A DNA stretch of 64,000 nt, taken from contig NC_043011.1 in NCBI RefSeq assembly GCF_006345805.1, positions 17,558,464 to 17,622,463 of the forward strand, in the 5' to 3' direction. The stretch comes from Octopus sinensis. Taxonomy: Eukaryota. The first letter of the stretch is position 1. Each line of letters opens with the position of its first letter. Below, piece after piece: positions 24,759 through 37,559 of this stretch. The position numbers and the translations under genes are program-made. The notes under the pieces are model-generated. The model saw nothing but the letters and a program-made list of their open reading frames with translations, ran no database searches and was not told where the DNA came from.

Positions 24759-25551
24759 AAGAGAGAAAGAAAGAACGAGAGAAAAATGAGAGAATCGACT
24801 CAAAGACTGGACTAGTAGTTCATCAGCCTTGAATGGATGAACGATAACGCTGAATCGGGTATGATTTGGACTCAGATAAAAAGGAAAAAAAAACCAAAAG
24901 ATTCGAAGGGAATGTTCCAGGGCATTCAATTTGATGTTCTAACACTTCTGGTCAATCATCAATTCAATTTTATGTAACTCATATCAGGAAAAACAGAAAC
25001 AAATTTAAGAAAATAATCTTAATAGTATATTATAAAAACTTCGGTCAGCTATCTCTTTTCTAAACATTTGTCAGATTGAAACAATTTTAATCTAGCCTTG
25101 ATATATGGTCTATCTATTGCACTAAAGTAGGTCCTTTGAGGTGTCTACTTCAAAACTAGTCTACATTTTTACTTGGTCATTTTTTATCAGCATAAAAGGC
25201 GTATTGTGTGATTTTTTTGTGTTAAATGGGCATAGTAGTGAAACATGGGTCCTGAATGCAGAGGATTTGGGAAAATTAGAAAGTGATGAAGCTGTCCTGT
25301 CATGCTTTCCTTACATGTGCATGAACAGAAAAGTACAAATGTGTTGAGAGGAGAAATGGGCATGAGATCAATCAGGTGTAGTGTGCAGAAAAGAAGACTG
25401 CACTGATGTAATGTGTATGGATAACAACAGCTGTTCAAAAAAAAATGTGCCGATTATAAAATGTGCGAGGAGCTTTCGCAAGGAAACAAATTAAGACATG
25501 AGATGAAGTAGGGAAGGCTGATACCAGACACTGAACAGTTCGGAGGGGGTG

Positions 25552-25611
<60 letters not shown>

Positions 25612-26070
25612 GGGTGAGAGAGCAGTGCATGCAATAAAAGTGACACTGGGGTAAAATATACGAAGCCCAGTATACCCATCATGACTACCCTTCTGATAAG
25701 GGTACACTATGCACATGCATCACAACCAAATGTGTGCGACATGGTGATCTCATATCAAGATAAACAGCGCATGAACTTGCAGGTGGGGCCCAGTTATAAT
25801 TTTCTTCAAGTAGCTCATCCCGCTGAAAGAGTCCCTGATGAAGGGTTGTTTAAGGATGTTGATGGAAACACCCATGTTTCCAAGTATCAGCCACTAAGGG
25901 ACATGCTCAACTGGTTAAGATCAAACAACTGATAAGCAGATCTGTGGTATTCAGCTGAATACGTACTATAACCCATCTTTTATACCAAGACAAAACAATG
26001 TACACGATAACATTTCCAATCAGTTAAGATGAGAAGCCATGAGAGCCACTGTCTGGTACTGCATCAGGGC
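25612..26070 (-). mobile_element. Non-coding about 450-bp element inserted in (AAT)n, ending gcatgcactgctctctca
   Basis: Reverse-complement homolog of 30770-31282; (AAT)n at both ends. Confidence 0.75.
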
Positions 26071-26130
<60 letters not shown>

Positions 26131-26142
26131 TCATTATTGTTG

Positions 26143-26193
<51 letters not shown>

Positions 26194-27365
26194 TGCTGCT
26201 GCTCTTCACCCTCCTTTCTGAACTGTCTGATATCTTTTCTACCGTATGTCCCCAACTTATATTTATCCTTAGTCACGCCTAAAACACTGTCAGTTTCAAC
26301 AGTTGTCCTTTATTATTGTAGGTTAAGAAGTGACCTCACTAGGCCTGGTTTCAGATATAAAAGGCACACAATACATACTGTAAAGTGGTTGTCATTTGGA
26401 AGGACACCCAGCAGCACAATAAACTTCTGAACGCAGACACTATGGCATGATACAGTCTTGAGCATGAAAGATGAGATCTTGTCAAACCTTTTAATCGATA
26501 CCAGTATGAAACACAGATATTAAATTATGCTGATGAATCTAATGTTTTAGGATAGAATATGAGCCACAAATATTAGTCATTCATGCTCAACAACTAACAT
26601 TATACGTGAGTCAAATATATTCTATAAAAACAAGAATTAAATTTCTTGAAGTATATATTGTAAATATCTTTGTTCAGTGAACAATTGAAATATTTACTAT
26701 GTAACTTAATATTTTTTTCATGTATAGGCTTTCTGTTTTGTTTTATTTATTGAGCAGCTTGAAAGAATAAATATCTCTTTGATGGCATTATTTCTTTAAC
26801 CTTTTATGAAGACATTTATAAAAGAATTTTCGTAAATGTTTTTTCAATGTTTCTTTATTTCATTTTGTTGAAACTGATGAGTTGTTAAGGAACAATTTCA
26901 GTTGTATATGGAATCAAATGTCTATATTTTATTTTCTGGTCACAAAGGAAAACTTCAATGAACCACAGTTACATAGTTAGATTTTGAGAAATGATTCAAG
27001 AACGGAGGAGATTTCTATAAAAGCTGCATTCAAACAAATCACTTACAGCAAGCGAACAATAGCACTCTTATACCGTTGCCATTCCTTAAAAATAGCAGCT
27101 GAATTGCTCTCATGTCGCACATCACACTCTGCCAGATTTGAAAATAATGATACATGACATAATGTATTTCCAGACAATATGTCTGCAACGGAAACAAACA
27201 AAACGGTCGTAGCTGAAAGCCCTTGACGGTAAAGATTTCGTATTTTATTTTGCTAATGATTTTATCGAATAGTTGAGACTATGTCCATAGCTTTCTAAGA
27301 TCCTTAGAAACCTGTGAAATAGATGGTATTAAAGGTCATCAGAAAAGTCACAGATTCAATCCTGC

Positions 27366-27541
27366 AAGGAGAATACTGAAAGCAAAGGATTTCGAGCTAG
27401 CTGATGTTCTGGACAAACTTATAAATACATAGCCAGAGTAAAAGTTAGGGTGAAAGGAGAATACTGAAAGCAAAGGATTTCGAGCCAGCTGATGTTCTGG
27501 GAAAACATATAAATACATAGCCAGAATTAAAGTCAGGGTGA
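27366..27541. repeat. 88-bp tandem dimer
   Basis: aaggagaatactgaaagcaaaggatttcgagc at 27366 and 27454. Confidence 0.9.
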
Positions 27542-28289
27542 GTCTCGAAAAGTTGAGTATATGGATAGGAAAGTAAAAACAAAATGTAGTGACCACTTGT
27601 TGCACCCGACTGTATCTAATTTGAGCTGTTATTTGAAAGTTAGAAAAATCCACGGCTAATATCCATATTAAGAGTTATTCCTCATCCAATTAATGCTACA
27701 AGCATAATGAGCTAAATGCAAATAAATCTTAGAGGTCTTTGAAAATTAATAAGACAGGTTAACAATTCTGCCATTTTCAATCCCTTTCATACAAGAATTC
27801 AAACAACGTATTCATTATTATTGAAGCACGGCTCGCTTCTGAGCTCTGTGTTCTTCAATTGAACTCAGGTATGACCTATTCTATGTGTTACTGCTTCGTT
27901 TACAATTAATTTTCTCCAATATTAAAGAATGATAATACGTCATAAAACTGAAAATTTTAAATGTTGTAGCTCTAGCATCACTTCCTTTCGGTCACAAATT
28001 GCTTTTGCCGCATATGTCCTCCTCCGGCTCTACTTCCTGCTCCACTTCTTGCTCCTCTTCCTCCTCCTCTTCCCATCCTCCTCCCCGTCTGAGAAGTGAT
28101 GGGTACTCTTCCTCACTGTCAAGGAAATGCTACGCGTCAGAAGTAACAGCAGGCCTAACCCTTCTATCAGTGGCTGTTGACAACAAATAGAGCGTTCTTT
28201 TCAACTCATAACATAAAGTCGGAAGAGTTTTTTTTTTTTTTGTACTTGTTTCAGTCATTTGACTGCGGCCATGCTGGAGCACCGCCTTT

Positions 28290-28456
28290 AGAGTGGTGAA
28301 AGAGTACAGCAGGGATCACCACCATCCCCTGCCAGAGCCTCGTGGAGCTTTTATGTGTTTTCGCTCAATAAACACACACAACGCCCGGTCTGGGAATCGA
28401 AACCGCGATCCTCCGACCGCAAGTCCGCTGCCCTAACCACTAGGCCATTGCGCCTA
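28290..28456 (-). mobile_element. Family B SINE (abuts a family C tail at 28240-28290)
   Basis: Reverse complement of the family B head. Confidence 0.8.
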
Positions 28457-28535
28457 ATCATTCTGTCCGGCACGCAAATTATTCTACCAGCACACTGCCT
28501 TATTACTACTACTACTACTACTACCACCACCACCG

Positions 28536-28577
<42 letters not shown>

Positions 28578-28989
28578 TAAAAGGATTGACGAAGATCTTC
28601 ACAGAAGAAAACAGTCAAGACGAAGAGCGCATTTCGATTGTAATAGATATTTTATTAGTTGAACGATATTTCGACAATAAGTCTATCTTTGTTGAGTTCA
28701 AAATAGCAGGTGATAAAAATTCAAAATTAAAGAAGTTTGAATTTAAAGTATGAACGAGAGCAACCAGCGTCCTCAGGTTGATAGAATGGCATCTTTAAGT
28801 TTCAGTCTTTAAGTTTCAATTTTATAACAGGCGAAAAGAAAGAGACAGAAAAAAGACAGATAAAAGAGAGGAAAGAAAGAAGATAAGGAAAAAGAATATA
28901 TAACGAAACAGTTTTGTATAAATTTAATGATATTCTCACGTCATTTTATTTATTTCTCCGGTGCGTAATTTTAATATTTCTCCGCAAAC

Positions 28990-30560
28990 ATATTTCTCCT
29001 CATGCACTTTGAGGAGTGAAAATGAAGCAGACTCAGAATTTTTTCTGAGAATATGCACCTTCAAATCTTTTTCAAAATTGCAGCCGTTTGAAGCAACATG
29101 TACAGCAGGTTCTGTCCAACTACTGTTATTGGGCCCGATGTCGAATCTGTGCCCATTTAATTTTTTTCAATCGTTCTGTTGTATAACCAACACGAATCAA
29201 GTGTTTCGTGTATTCTGACATTTATACAAAATGGGAATCTCTACATGTCCAATCTTCCGTATAAATCATAACATTTCTATTATGATTCTTGATAGAATTG
29301 ACTTGACTCATGTTGCTGCACAATGAACAGGGCTTACCTCTCTTGCGGCTGTTTTTCAAAGTACAGCGTGCAGATACTCCAATGTTCGTTTTCTTGGAGT
29401 CAGAAATAGAGGTCAATAATTCTCTTATATCCTTATTCCGTCTAAAAGCTACAATAGTCGGGCGAGGAAATATATGTTTGAAACGAGGATATTTTTTTGC
29501 CAACTTTCATGCAACACTTTTGAAATGCTTGCGAAAATGCCTCAAAAGTTGGGATTTCGGATTTGAGGGAACAATATGATGTGGATAATTTTGTTACAAT
29601 TCTGCCTCTAGAAAACCTAACTTCTGTGTCCAAAAATACAACGCTAGTTTTTGAAAAACTAAACCTAAATTTTATGTTGGACTTACAGCCATAGATTTTA
29701 GCATACCGGTCACAGAATTGCAAGAATTCAGTAAAACAATCCTCTGATCTTTCCCACACAAAACATACGTCATCAATGAACCGTAACCAAAGTATTTGTT
29801 CATGACCATGAACAGATTTGAATGTCTTTAATAACTGTGACTCGAAATTCGTCATGAAGACATTAGATGAATTACTTTCCATGGAGTACCCATGACGCAA
29901 CCATAGTAGTAAAATCTTTGTTCAAACCTCATTGTATTACTTTGTAACACAAAACTCGATAAACCACAGAGAAAATTTGATGGAATACTTTTGTTTGATT
30001 GCTTTTCGAAGGCATGCATGCATGGTTCTATCCCTTTATGATAGTCAATATTGGGATATAAGGAAGAAGCATCCATGGTTACCGAAACACAGTTCTGGAC
30101 ACCGCCTCGGTGTTTAAAAAATTGTTGATTTTAGATACAAAATCAAGGGTATCCCGAATATAGGAACTTGATCTTTTTGCGGTAGGGAGTAGAAAGCCTT
30201 CCAGCCATTCTGAAAACTTGGCTGTACAACATTCATATCCGCTGCACATTTGGCGCATTGGAGGAAATCTTTCGAACTTTTTGTGTATCTTAGGGAGACC
30301 ATAAAACACAGGTGTTCTTCTTTCTGACCGTAAAATCCTGGATTATGCCTTATTAATGAAACTGTTTCCAGAATTATTTTATCAAGTCCCTCTCTGAATT
30401 TAGGATTTGGATCGACATGTAATTCTTCATATGATGTTTTGTCTTCCCAAGCCAAATTATTCGCACTTTTATCCATAATTACGATAGTGCCTACCTTATC
30501 CGCTAGTTTTAATAACAATATAATCATTATTAGCTAGACATCGGCGTGCGTAACTTTGGG
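28990..30560 (-). pseudogene. Penelope-like element relic (RT plus GIY-YIG endonuclease)
   Basis: ADKVGTIVIMDK, FYGLPKIHK..PMR, MDASSLYPNI, WLRFIDD, IFPRPTIVAFRRNKDIRELL and a C-terminal Cys-rich/GIY-YIG-like region, broken by frameshifts. Confidence 0.9.
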
Positions 30561-30769
30561 TATTGTGAGGTCATTCCAGGACTTCCAACTTGTTTTAAGG
30601 ATTTCTCTTATACCTGTGCGAGAAGATTCAAGAAATGCCAGTAGTGCTTGTGACCATCCATCCCTAACATTATCTGGATACCAACTGGAATTCCTTTTAA
30701 TCTAATTATGTTAGATTCGATCATCATCATTTTTTATTTTCAGTAAGCATAGGATTTTCTGACTCCTCG

Positions 30770-31281
30770 TGACCAATTGTTTCAAAAACATATTCCTTAA
30801 GCTTGTTTTGTCTTGGTATAAAAGTGGGCTACAGCAAATATTCTGCACAGCACCAGATTTGCTTGTCAGTTGCTTGGCCTTAACCAGTGGATCATGTCCT
30901 TTAGTGTATGACGATATGTACACCTCTAATTACGAGGTGAAATAGTGGGGGAGTATAATAGCCATGTGTTGAGAGGAATTCTTTGGAGTGTGGATAATTC
31001 ACTTTTGGAAAAATGGATGTTTTGTTCATCATTCTTAAACAACCCTTATTCAGGGACATTTTAAGCGGGATGGGCTACTCGACCTGCAGCAAATTCTAAC
31101 TGGGCCCCATCTGCAACGTCATGCACTGTTTGTCTTGTTATGAGATCACTATTTCACGCATATACGGTTTTGATGCATGTGCCTTGTGTACCCTTATCAG
31201 ATTGGTAGTCATGATGGGTATACTAGGTTTCGTATTTTTTACCTCAGTGCCAGTTTGATGGCATGCACTGCTCTCTCACAC

Positions 31282-31282
<1 letters not shown>
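30770..31282 (+). mobile_element. Non-coding (AAT)n-associated element, second copy
   Basis: Homologous to 25612-26070; ends gcatgcactgctctctcacac followed by (AAT)n. Confidence 0.75.
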
Positions 31283-31327
<45 letters not shown>

Positions 31328-31369
31328 TTAATAATAATAATAATAATAATAATAATGATAATAATAATG

Positions 31370-31411
<42 letters not shown>

Positions 31412-31439
31412 TTAATTATAATAATAATGGTAACCATAG

Positions 31440-31662
31440 TAATGGCTTCAAATTTTGGCTTGAGGGCAGCCATTTTGAGGGGGAGGGGATTAATCGATTA
31501 CATGGACCCCAGTGTTCCACTAGTACTTATTTTATCCACCACGAACGGATGAAAGGTAAACTCGACATTGGCGGAATATGATCTCAGAACGTAAAGACGG
31601 AAAAATGCCGCTAAGCCTTTTGTCCGACCTGTTAACGTTTATGCCACCTGGCCACCTTAACA
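31440..31662 (-). mobile_element. Diverged family A SINE inside (AAT)n
   Basis: gatgaaagg..ctcgac..ggcggaat..ctcagaacgtaa reverse-complement motifs. Confidence 0.7.
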
Positions 31663-31691
31663 ACAAGAACAATAATAATAATAATGATAAT

Positions 31692-31742
<51 letters not shown>

Positions 31743-31811
31743 TATAATAATGATAATAATAATAATGATAATAATAATGATAATAATAATAATATTAATA
31801 ATAATAATAAT

Positions 31812-32605
31812 GTTGTGACTATTGAGTACTGCTACCTGTGCAAGCCAGTAGACGAAAATGGTGTTCATATTAGGGGATGCTGACAACGTATGTATGATCA
31901 ATGGAGAAAAAGAGGATTTTTTCGACTCACGGAACAGAGATTATGTGATCAAGCTAGAACAATAAGAAAAAAATCGTTGGTTCACTGAAGTAGAGCTCGA
32001 AGCTATCAAAAGACGGGTATTGGAAACAGCAGCGGAGGAAACGATGAAAATACAGTTCTTACTGATAAAACAGAGCTGAGATCTCTAATAAATCAGTGGA
32101 GAGGAACAGTGATAGCTTGTTCGATGAGAGGCATATAGATGGTGACATGACAGATGGGCAAAATGCTATCTACGACAGAATAAAGACAAAGCTACAGGAG
32201 AGCGATAACGACATTATTTGCAACCTTAAAAAGGTTGATTGATGGAAATTGAATCAAGAAACGTAAAAATGTGTATAAAATTCTGAAATACGTCAGAACA
32301 AAAAACATCACAGAAACAAATAATTTGTTCAAGGCAGCAAATATTGTTGTATCAGAAAATGTGGGAGTTGATGTCAAGAAAAGGAAATAGAATGGGAATG
32401 ACAAAAGAAAGATCCATGGTGGAGCTGAAGAATACAGGCGGAGTTAGATAAGCTATCGAAGGACATTACTTTGTTAGACGGAAAGAGAAGGGGGGCACTT
32501 AAAAGCGAACAAAAATAGAGGGCCCTGAACGGAAATCATGATTTGGAATGAAAGGGCCTGAAATTGATAATGGAACTAAACAGCGCCTCGTTGCAAAGAA
32601 AGCAA
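31812..32605 (+). pseudogene. N-terminal ORF region of an R4/Dong element
   Basis: CYLCKPVDENG..RMYDQWRKRG..TEQRLCDQARTIRK..; ITETNNLFKAANIVVSE; DPWW; LKQRLVAK. Confidence 0.75.
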
Positions 32606-32609
32606 ATTC

Positions 32610-32987
32610 CCCTACTCAAATGGCCCCTCCCCTCTCTTAATTCTGTGTCTTGCGAGTTACTTGGTTAATGTGTCAGTACTGGTGTCACTTTAGAAGCATT
32701 CAGTCCTCACTGTAATGTAGTTCACTTTTATAAGGGTATCCAGCTGTTAATCATGCCAATACTGACATCGCCTGTGCTAGTGCCATGTAAAAAGCACTGA
32801 ATCCTCTCTGCGGAGGGGTTGGTGTTAGAAAGTGTATCCAACCGCAAAATGCGTGCCAAAACATGCACAGTAGCCTTGAGTAGTTTTTCTACCTGGTCAG
32901 ATCTTATCAACCGCCCTACTCATGCATGCATGGAAGATGGACGCTGAACGGTGATGATGTGACTTTCAGTGCATTTGCTGCTCTCTC

Positions 32988-32992
<5 letters not shown>
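32610..32992 (+). mobile_element. Second non-coding subfamily ending ctgctctctca followed by (AAT)n
   Basis: Shares only the terminal ctgctctctca motif and the (AAT)n junction with 25.6/30.8 kb elements. Confidence 0.4.
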
Positions 32993-33020
<28 letters not shown>

Positions 33021-33022
<2 letters not shown>

Positions 33023-33810
33023 ACGTGTCGTGTATGCAAGCAAAAAAATGAAACCATTGACCATGTGGTCTCCAAGTGCAGTCTTCTAGCGCCTACAGAG
33101 TATCTCAACAGGCACGATAGAGCTGCACAATATATTCACTGGGTAATCTGTAAAAACCTGGATTTGCCCCATGAAAAAAACTGGTGGGAACACAAACCAC
33201 CCCCAGTGCTTGAAAATGACCACATCTCACTCCTCTGGAACTTCACCATTCAAACTGACAGAAAGATAGATGCAAATAGGCCAGACATCATATTGAAAGA
33301 CTTCAAACAAAGAACATGCCTGCTCATTGATATGACTGTCCCAATCGATATAAACGTATCTGTCAAGACCTACCAAAAACTGAGCAAATATAAAGATCTT
33401 GAAATAGAAATCAGCAAAATGTGGAAGCTGAAGACTAAAACAATACCTGTTGTCATAGGTGCCCTGGGAATGATAGCAAAAGGGGCTGATAGCTACCTAA
33501 CTCAGATACCAGGAAACCCAAAAATGGCAGAAATTCAAAAGATAGTGCTCATGGGAACTGCTCATATCCTACGCAAAATACTTTCTATGTAATCTCAAGG
33601 TTTAAAACAAACATAATTTTCGGTTTAAAAAAAACCAAAAAAAACCCAACTTTTTTTAGACATTCATTAGTACAACACCCCCACCCCCAAAATATATGGC
33701 ACACTAGGCATAACAACAGCATGAACTTCCAACCCTGTTGTCTCTTGAGGTCTCTGGGTGAGACTTGGAGTCAACTTGTACAAATATAAAGCAAAAGTCA
33801 AACATAGAAT
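33021..33810 (+). mobile_element. 5'-truncated R4/Dong copy with an open CCHC zinc knuckle + RLE domain and 3' UTR, inserted in (AAT)n
   Basis: TCRVCKQKNETIDHVVSKC (CCHC), RHD, RPDII..LID..KYKDLEIE..GALG..ILRKILSM* (stop 33592); UTR ends aaaagtcaaacatagaataataat. Confidence 0.92.
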
Positions 33811-33859
33811 AATAATAATAATAATGATAATAATAATAATAATAATAATAATAAGAAGA

Positions 33860-33955
33860 AGAATTGGGATTGACATTAGAGCAGCAAGCAGGCCCCAAGA
33901 AACTGTACTATTGAGAACAGCGCCGATTTTGAGGTCGGTGCTTGTGTGTTGAATG
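33860..33955 (+). pseudogene. Short R4/Dong C-terminal fragment
   Basis: QETVLLRTAPILRSVL* (QKAVLLGTARILRKVL-like). Confidence 0.5.
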
Positions 33956-34754
33956 ACTTCCATGATAATTTATCATCCAGGTACCAAAAGCTTATAATTT
34001 GTCGAAAGAGATCCTGTTAGACCTCTGAAAGCAGGTTGCTGTCCGCTCTCACAAAAGCAACCGGAGCAAGTAAGACTGAACGATTTGATAAGTAAAATAA
34101 TATCAATAACAACTTATAAACTTCATTTATTTTCATTTCTATATGCCAATTTTTTTTTACATATTTTTGGCATATTCTGAGTGATTAGTTACCATACATA
34201 TTTTAGTGGATTTATTAAAGTCTAAGATATATAAATGGAAAATTTATGTTAACTTTGAAAACCATCAAGATTTGAATTTAACCTTTTGCCATATGTGCAA
34301 TTTTCAACTATTGTGGAACATTTTTCATAAGAAATTACATTAGCTGTGATCATGCAGACCTATCTTCAAGAGTCCTCACAAATGTAATCAACCCATATTA
34401 TTATGCTGCTACTGAATTATACAGTAACCTGTTTTTCAGATTGTAGTAGTGTAACAGTTTTAAATTTCGCTGCTCTTTATAGCAAAATGTATGACCGCGA
34501 AGAATTGCCTCATTGGTTCTTATACTTTCTAATTGACTTGGAAGGTATTCATTTATTATCAATGAGTAGAGTAGCCAAAGAAGAAAATTACGCAGTTGCT
34601 GATTCTGTTTTTTTGATTTGGTGTTTTCAGTTAAGAATGTAATGAAATGAGAGATATAAAATATCAAATATGTAAGAGAACATTATTATTGCTAAAAATT
34701 ACAACGCCAGTGTCTGCAAGTGTAAAAGCCGTATAAGCAAAATTAATAATTATA

Positions 34755-35040
34755 TATGTCCCTTCTCGAGCCATGCATGACTCATAAGGGCAGGATTCCC
34801 GGTTTGCTAGGCGTATAGGTTCCCCACATGGACGGTCCGTCGCAGGTGAGCTGTAAGAGGAAAGAGAGAGAGAAAGTTGTGACGAAAGAATCATCAGAAG
34901 TTTGCCATTACCTCCTTCCGGAGCCGCGTGCGGCATAAGTGTTTCACTCATAAACAAAAACATCGCTCGGTGTTATATTCGAACCCGCGATCCCTCGACC
35001 GCGAGTTCGCTGCTCTAAAGACTAGGCCATGAGCCTCCAC
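34755..35040 (-). mobile_element. Family B SINE, near full length
   Basis: Reverse-complement homolog of 37252-37548. Confidence 0.85.
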
Positions 35041-35079
35041 AATAATTACATATAAGATATATAAATATATTTATATATA

Positions 35080-35492
35080 TTTCTTTATTGCCCACAAGGG
35101 GCTAAACATAGAGGGGACAAACAAGGACAGACAAACGGATTAAGTCGATTACATCGACACCAGTGCGACACTGGCATTTTATTTATCGACCCCGAAGGGA
35201 TGAAAGGCAAAGTCGACCTCGGCGGATTTTGAACTCAGAAGGTAACGACAGACGAAATACCTAAAACTTTACTACCCACAATGGCTAAACACAGAGAGGA
35301 CAAACAAGGACAGACACACGGATTAAGTCGATTATATCGACCCCAGTACGTAACTTGTACTTATTTAATCGACCCCGAAAGGATGAAAGGCAAAGTCGAC
35401 CTCGGCGGAATTTGAACTCAGAACGTAACGGCAGCCGAAATACCGCCAACATTTCGCCCGGCGCGCTAACGTGTCTGCCAACTCGCCGCCTT
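35080..35492 (-). mobile_element. Family A SINE dimer
   Basis: Two reverse-complement units. Confidence 0.85.
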
Positions 35493-35508
35493 AAATATAT
35501 TTATATAT

Positions 35509-35920
35509 ACAAGGGTGCTCTATAAGCACTTGCTTCGCTAAAAATAGAAGTCAAAATACTCCTAAGCCACACAAGAATCGTTACATTAATTGAGGCATGT
35601 TAGGGAAAAAATAGTATATATTGATAGCGTTTTACCTCTGTAAAAGTTGGAGTAGGAATATCAGTTAATGTGATATTGTGATTTCTAATTGAGCTTCAAA
35701 GACACCTGATACTCTTCAGTCAGATCTGCAAGAAGCATATAATGGTAGATGCCTGTAATTCGTTTGAGTGTCCGAAAAACATTGAAGCAAACGAACCAGG
35801 GGATTTTATTGATAAGTATAAAAGAAAATTATTATTCCTAAAATTGATAACGTTAGTGGCCGCGAGAGTTAAAGCTGTATAGGCAGCATTTATAATTAGA
35901 TATAAGACATGTAAATATAT
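35509..35920 (+). mobile_element. One-armed longer derivative of the 370-bp MITE family
   Basis: Begins with the MITE TIR (caagggtgctctataagcac..ctcctaagccac) then continues into a sequence also found inverted at 37560-37920. Confidence 0.7.
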
Positions 35921-35931
35921 ATATATATACA

Positions 35932-36578
35932 TTTCTTTATTACCCACAAGGGGCTAAACACAGAGAGGACAAACAAGGACAGACAAAGGGATTAGGTCGA
36001 TTACATCGACCCAGTGCGTAACTTGTACTGGATCTTTTCGGTTTGAACGGCAGTTTTTAACATAAATTCTAGGTAACTAAAAAAATTAAAACTTCGTATA
36101 CTGGTAGAATGTATTTATAAAACATCTTTTTCTCTTGGCTTTATTGTGAAAATTTTATAGTTTGTAAGACAGTTGTTTTTTTTCTTCAATTTCTGCAATT
36201 TCAACCAATCAATGACGTCCATTGAGGTAAGAAACATTCTGTGCGCTATGAATATATCCCTCGTTTAAGAAACAGATTGAGTTTATTTACATTTATGAAG
36301 AAAAAAAGATACCCTTCCCCCCACCTCTAACCCTAAAACAGATTGAAATGCAATAGATCGATACTAGAGTCATAATTATGGGTGGCAATTTCATATGACA
36401 CCGCTAGAAAAAACTGCCGTTCAAACCGAAAAGATCCCTGGTACTTAATTTATCGACCCCAAAGGATGAAAGGCAAAGTCAACCTCGGCGGAATTTTAAC
36501 TCGGAACGTAACGACAGACGAAATACGGCTACGCATTTCGCCTGGCGTGCTAACGTTTCTGCCAGCTCGCCGCCTAAA
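35932..36578 (-). mobile_element. Family A SINE interrupted by a MITE
   Basis: SINE sequence resumes exactly at ctggtacttaattt after the insertion. Confidence 0.85.
36030..36437. mobile_element. 408-bp MITE with 29-bp TIRs and an 8-bp TSD (Merlin-like)
   Basis: TIR ggatcttttcggtttgaacggcagttttt (36030-36058 / 36409-36437); TSD cttgtact / ctggtact; GG termini with an 8-bp TSD are typical of Merlin. Confidence 0.85.
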
Positions 36579-36593
36579 TATATTTATATATAG

Positions 36594-36966
36594 TAGGGTA
36601 CTACATAAGCACCTGCTTCCCTAAAAATAGAAGGCAAAATACTCCTAAGCCACAGAGAAATCACTAAATTAATACAGGCACGATAGGAGACAAGATTTAG
36701 TGAATAAGGATATCGTCTTATCTCTGCAAAGAATGCAGTTGGAATGTCAGTTAATCTGATATCGTGATTTCTAATTTAGCGCCAGATACACTTGATTTCG
36801 TCTGATAAATCTGCAATAGACATCTATCTTTGCAGAGGTAAGACACTATTCTTATTCGCTAAATTTCTTTTCTTATCATGCCTCCATTAATTTAGTGAAT
36901 CTTCTGTGGCTTAGGAGTATTTTCCACTTCTAGTTTTAGCGAAGCTGGTGCTTATGTAGTACCCTA
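36594..36966. mobile_element. About 370-bp foldback MITE with long (about 150-bp) imperfect TIRs
   Basis: tagggtactacataagcacc...ggtgcttatgtagtacccta; sits in a TA-rich site. Confidence 0.85.
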
Positions 36967-36987
36967 GTATATATAAGTATATTTATA

Positions 36988-37222
36988 TTGGCGGCGAGCT
37001 ATCAGAAACGTTAGCATGCCGGGCGAAATGCGTAGCCGTATTTCGTCTGCTGTTAAGTTCTGATTTCAAATTCCGCCGAGGTCGACTTTGCCTTTCATCC
37101 TTTCAGGGTCGATAAATTAAGTACCAGTTACGCATTGGGGTCGATGTAATCGATTTAATACCTTTGTCTATCCTTGTTTGTTCCCTCTATGCTTAACTCC
37201 TTGTGGGTAGTAAAGAAATATA
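36988..37222 (+). mobile_element. Family A SINE
   Basis: Full head and tail motifs. Confidence 0.85.
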
Positions 37223-37251
37223 TATAAGTATATTTATTATATCTTATGTGT

Positions 37252-37548
37252 TGAGGCACATGACCTAGTGGTTAGAGCAGCGGTCAAGGGATCGCGGGTT
37301 CGAATCTCAGACCGGGCGATGTGTGTGTTTATGAGCGTAACACCTAAGCTCTACGCGGCTCCGGTAGAAGATAATGACGAACTTCTGATGATTCTTTCGC
37401 CACAATTTTCTTTCACTCTTTCCTCCTGCATCTTGCATCTTACCTGCGACGGACCGGCGTCGCATCCAGGTGGGGAACCTATACACCAAGGAACCCGGGA
37501 AACCGGATCTTAAGAGCTAGGCGTGGCTCGAGAAGGAACAAACAACAT
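37252..37548 (+). mobile_element. Family B SINE
   Basis: tRNA-like head gaggcacatgacctagtggttagagcagcgg..gggttcgaatc. Confidence 0.85.
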
Positions 37549-37559
37549 ATCTTCTATAT

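Noticed and set aside
25830-25885. CTGATGA...GAAAC hammerhead-like motif on the plus strand
   Set aside because: No stem II or stem I pairing, and the homologous copy at about 31050 reads CTGAATA, so the core is not conserved.
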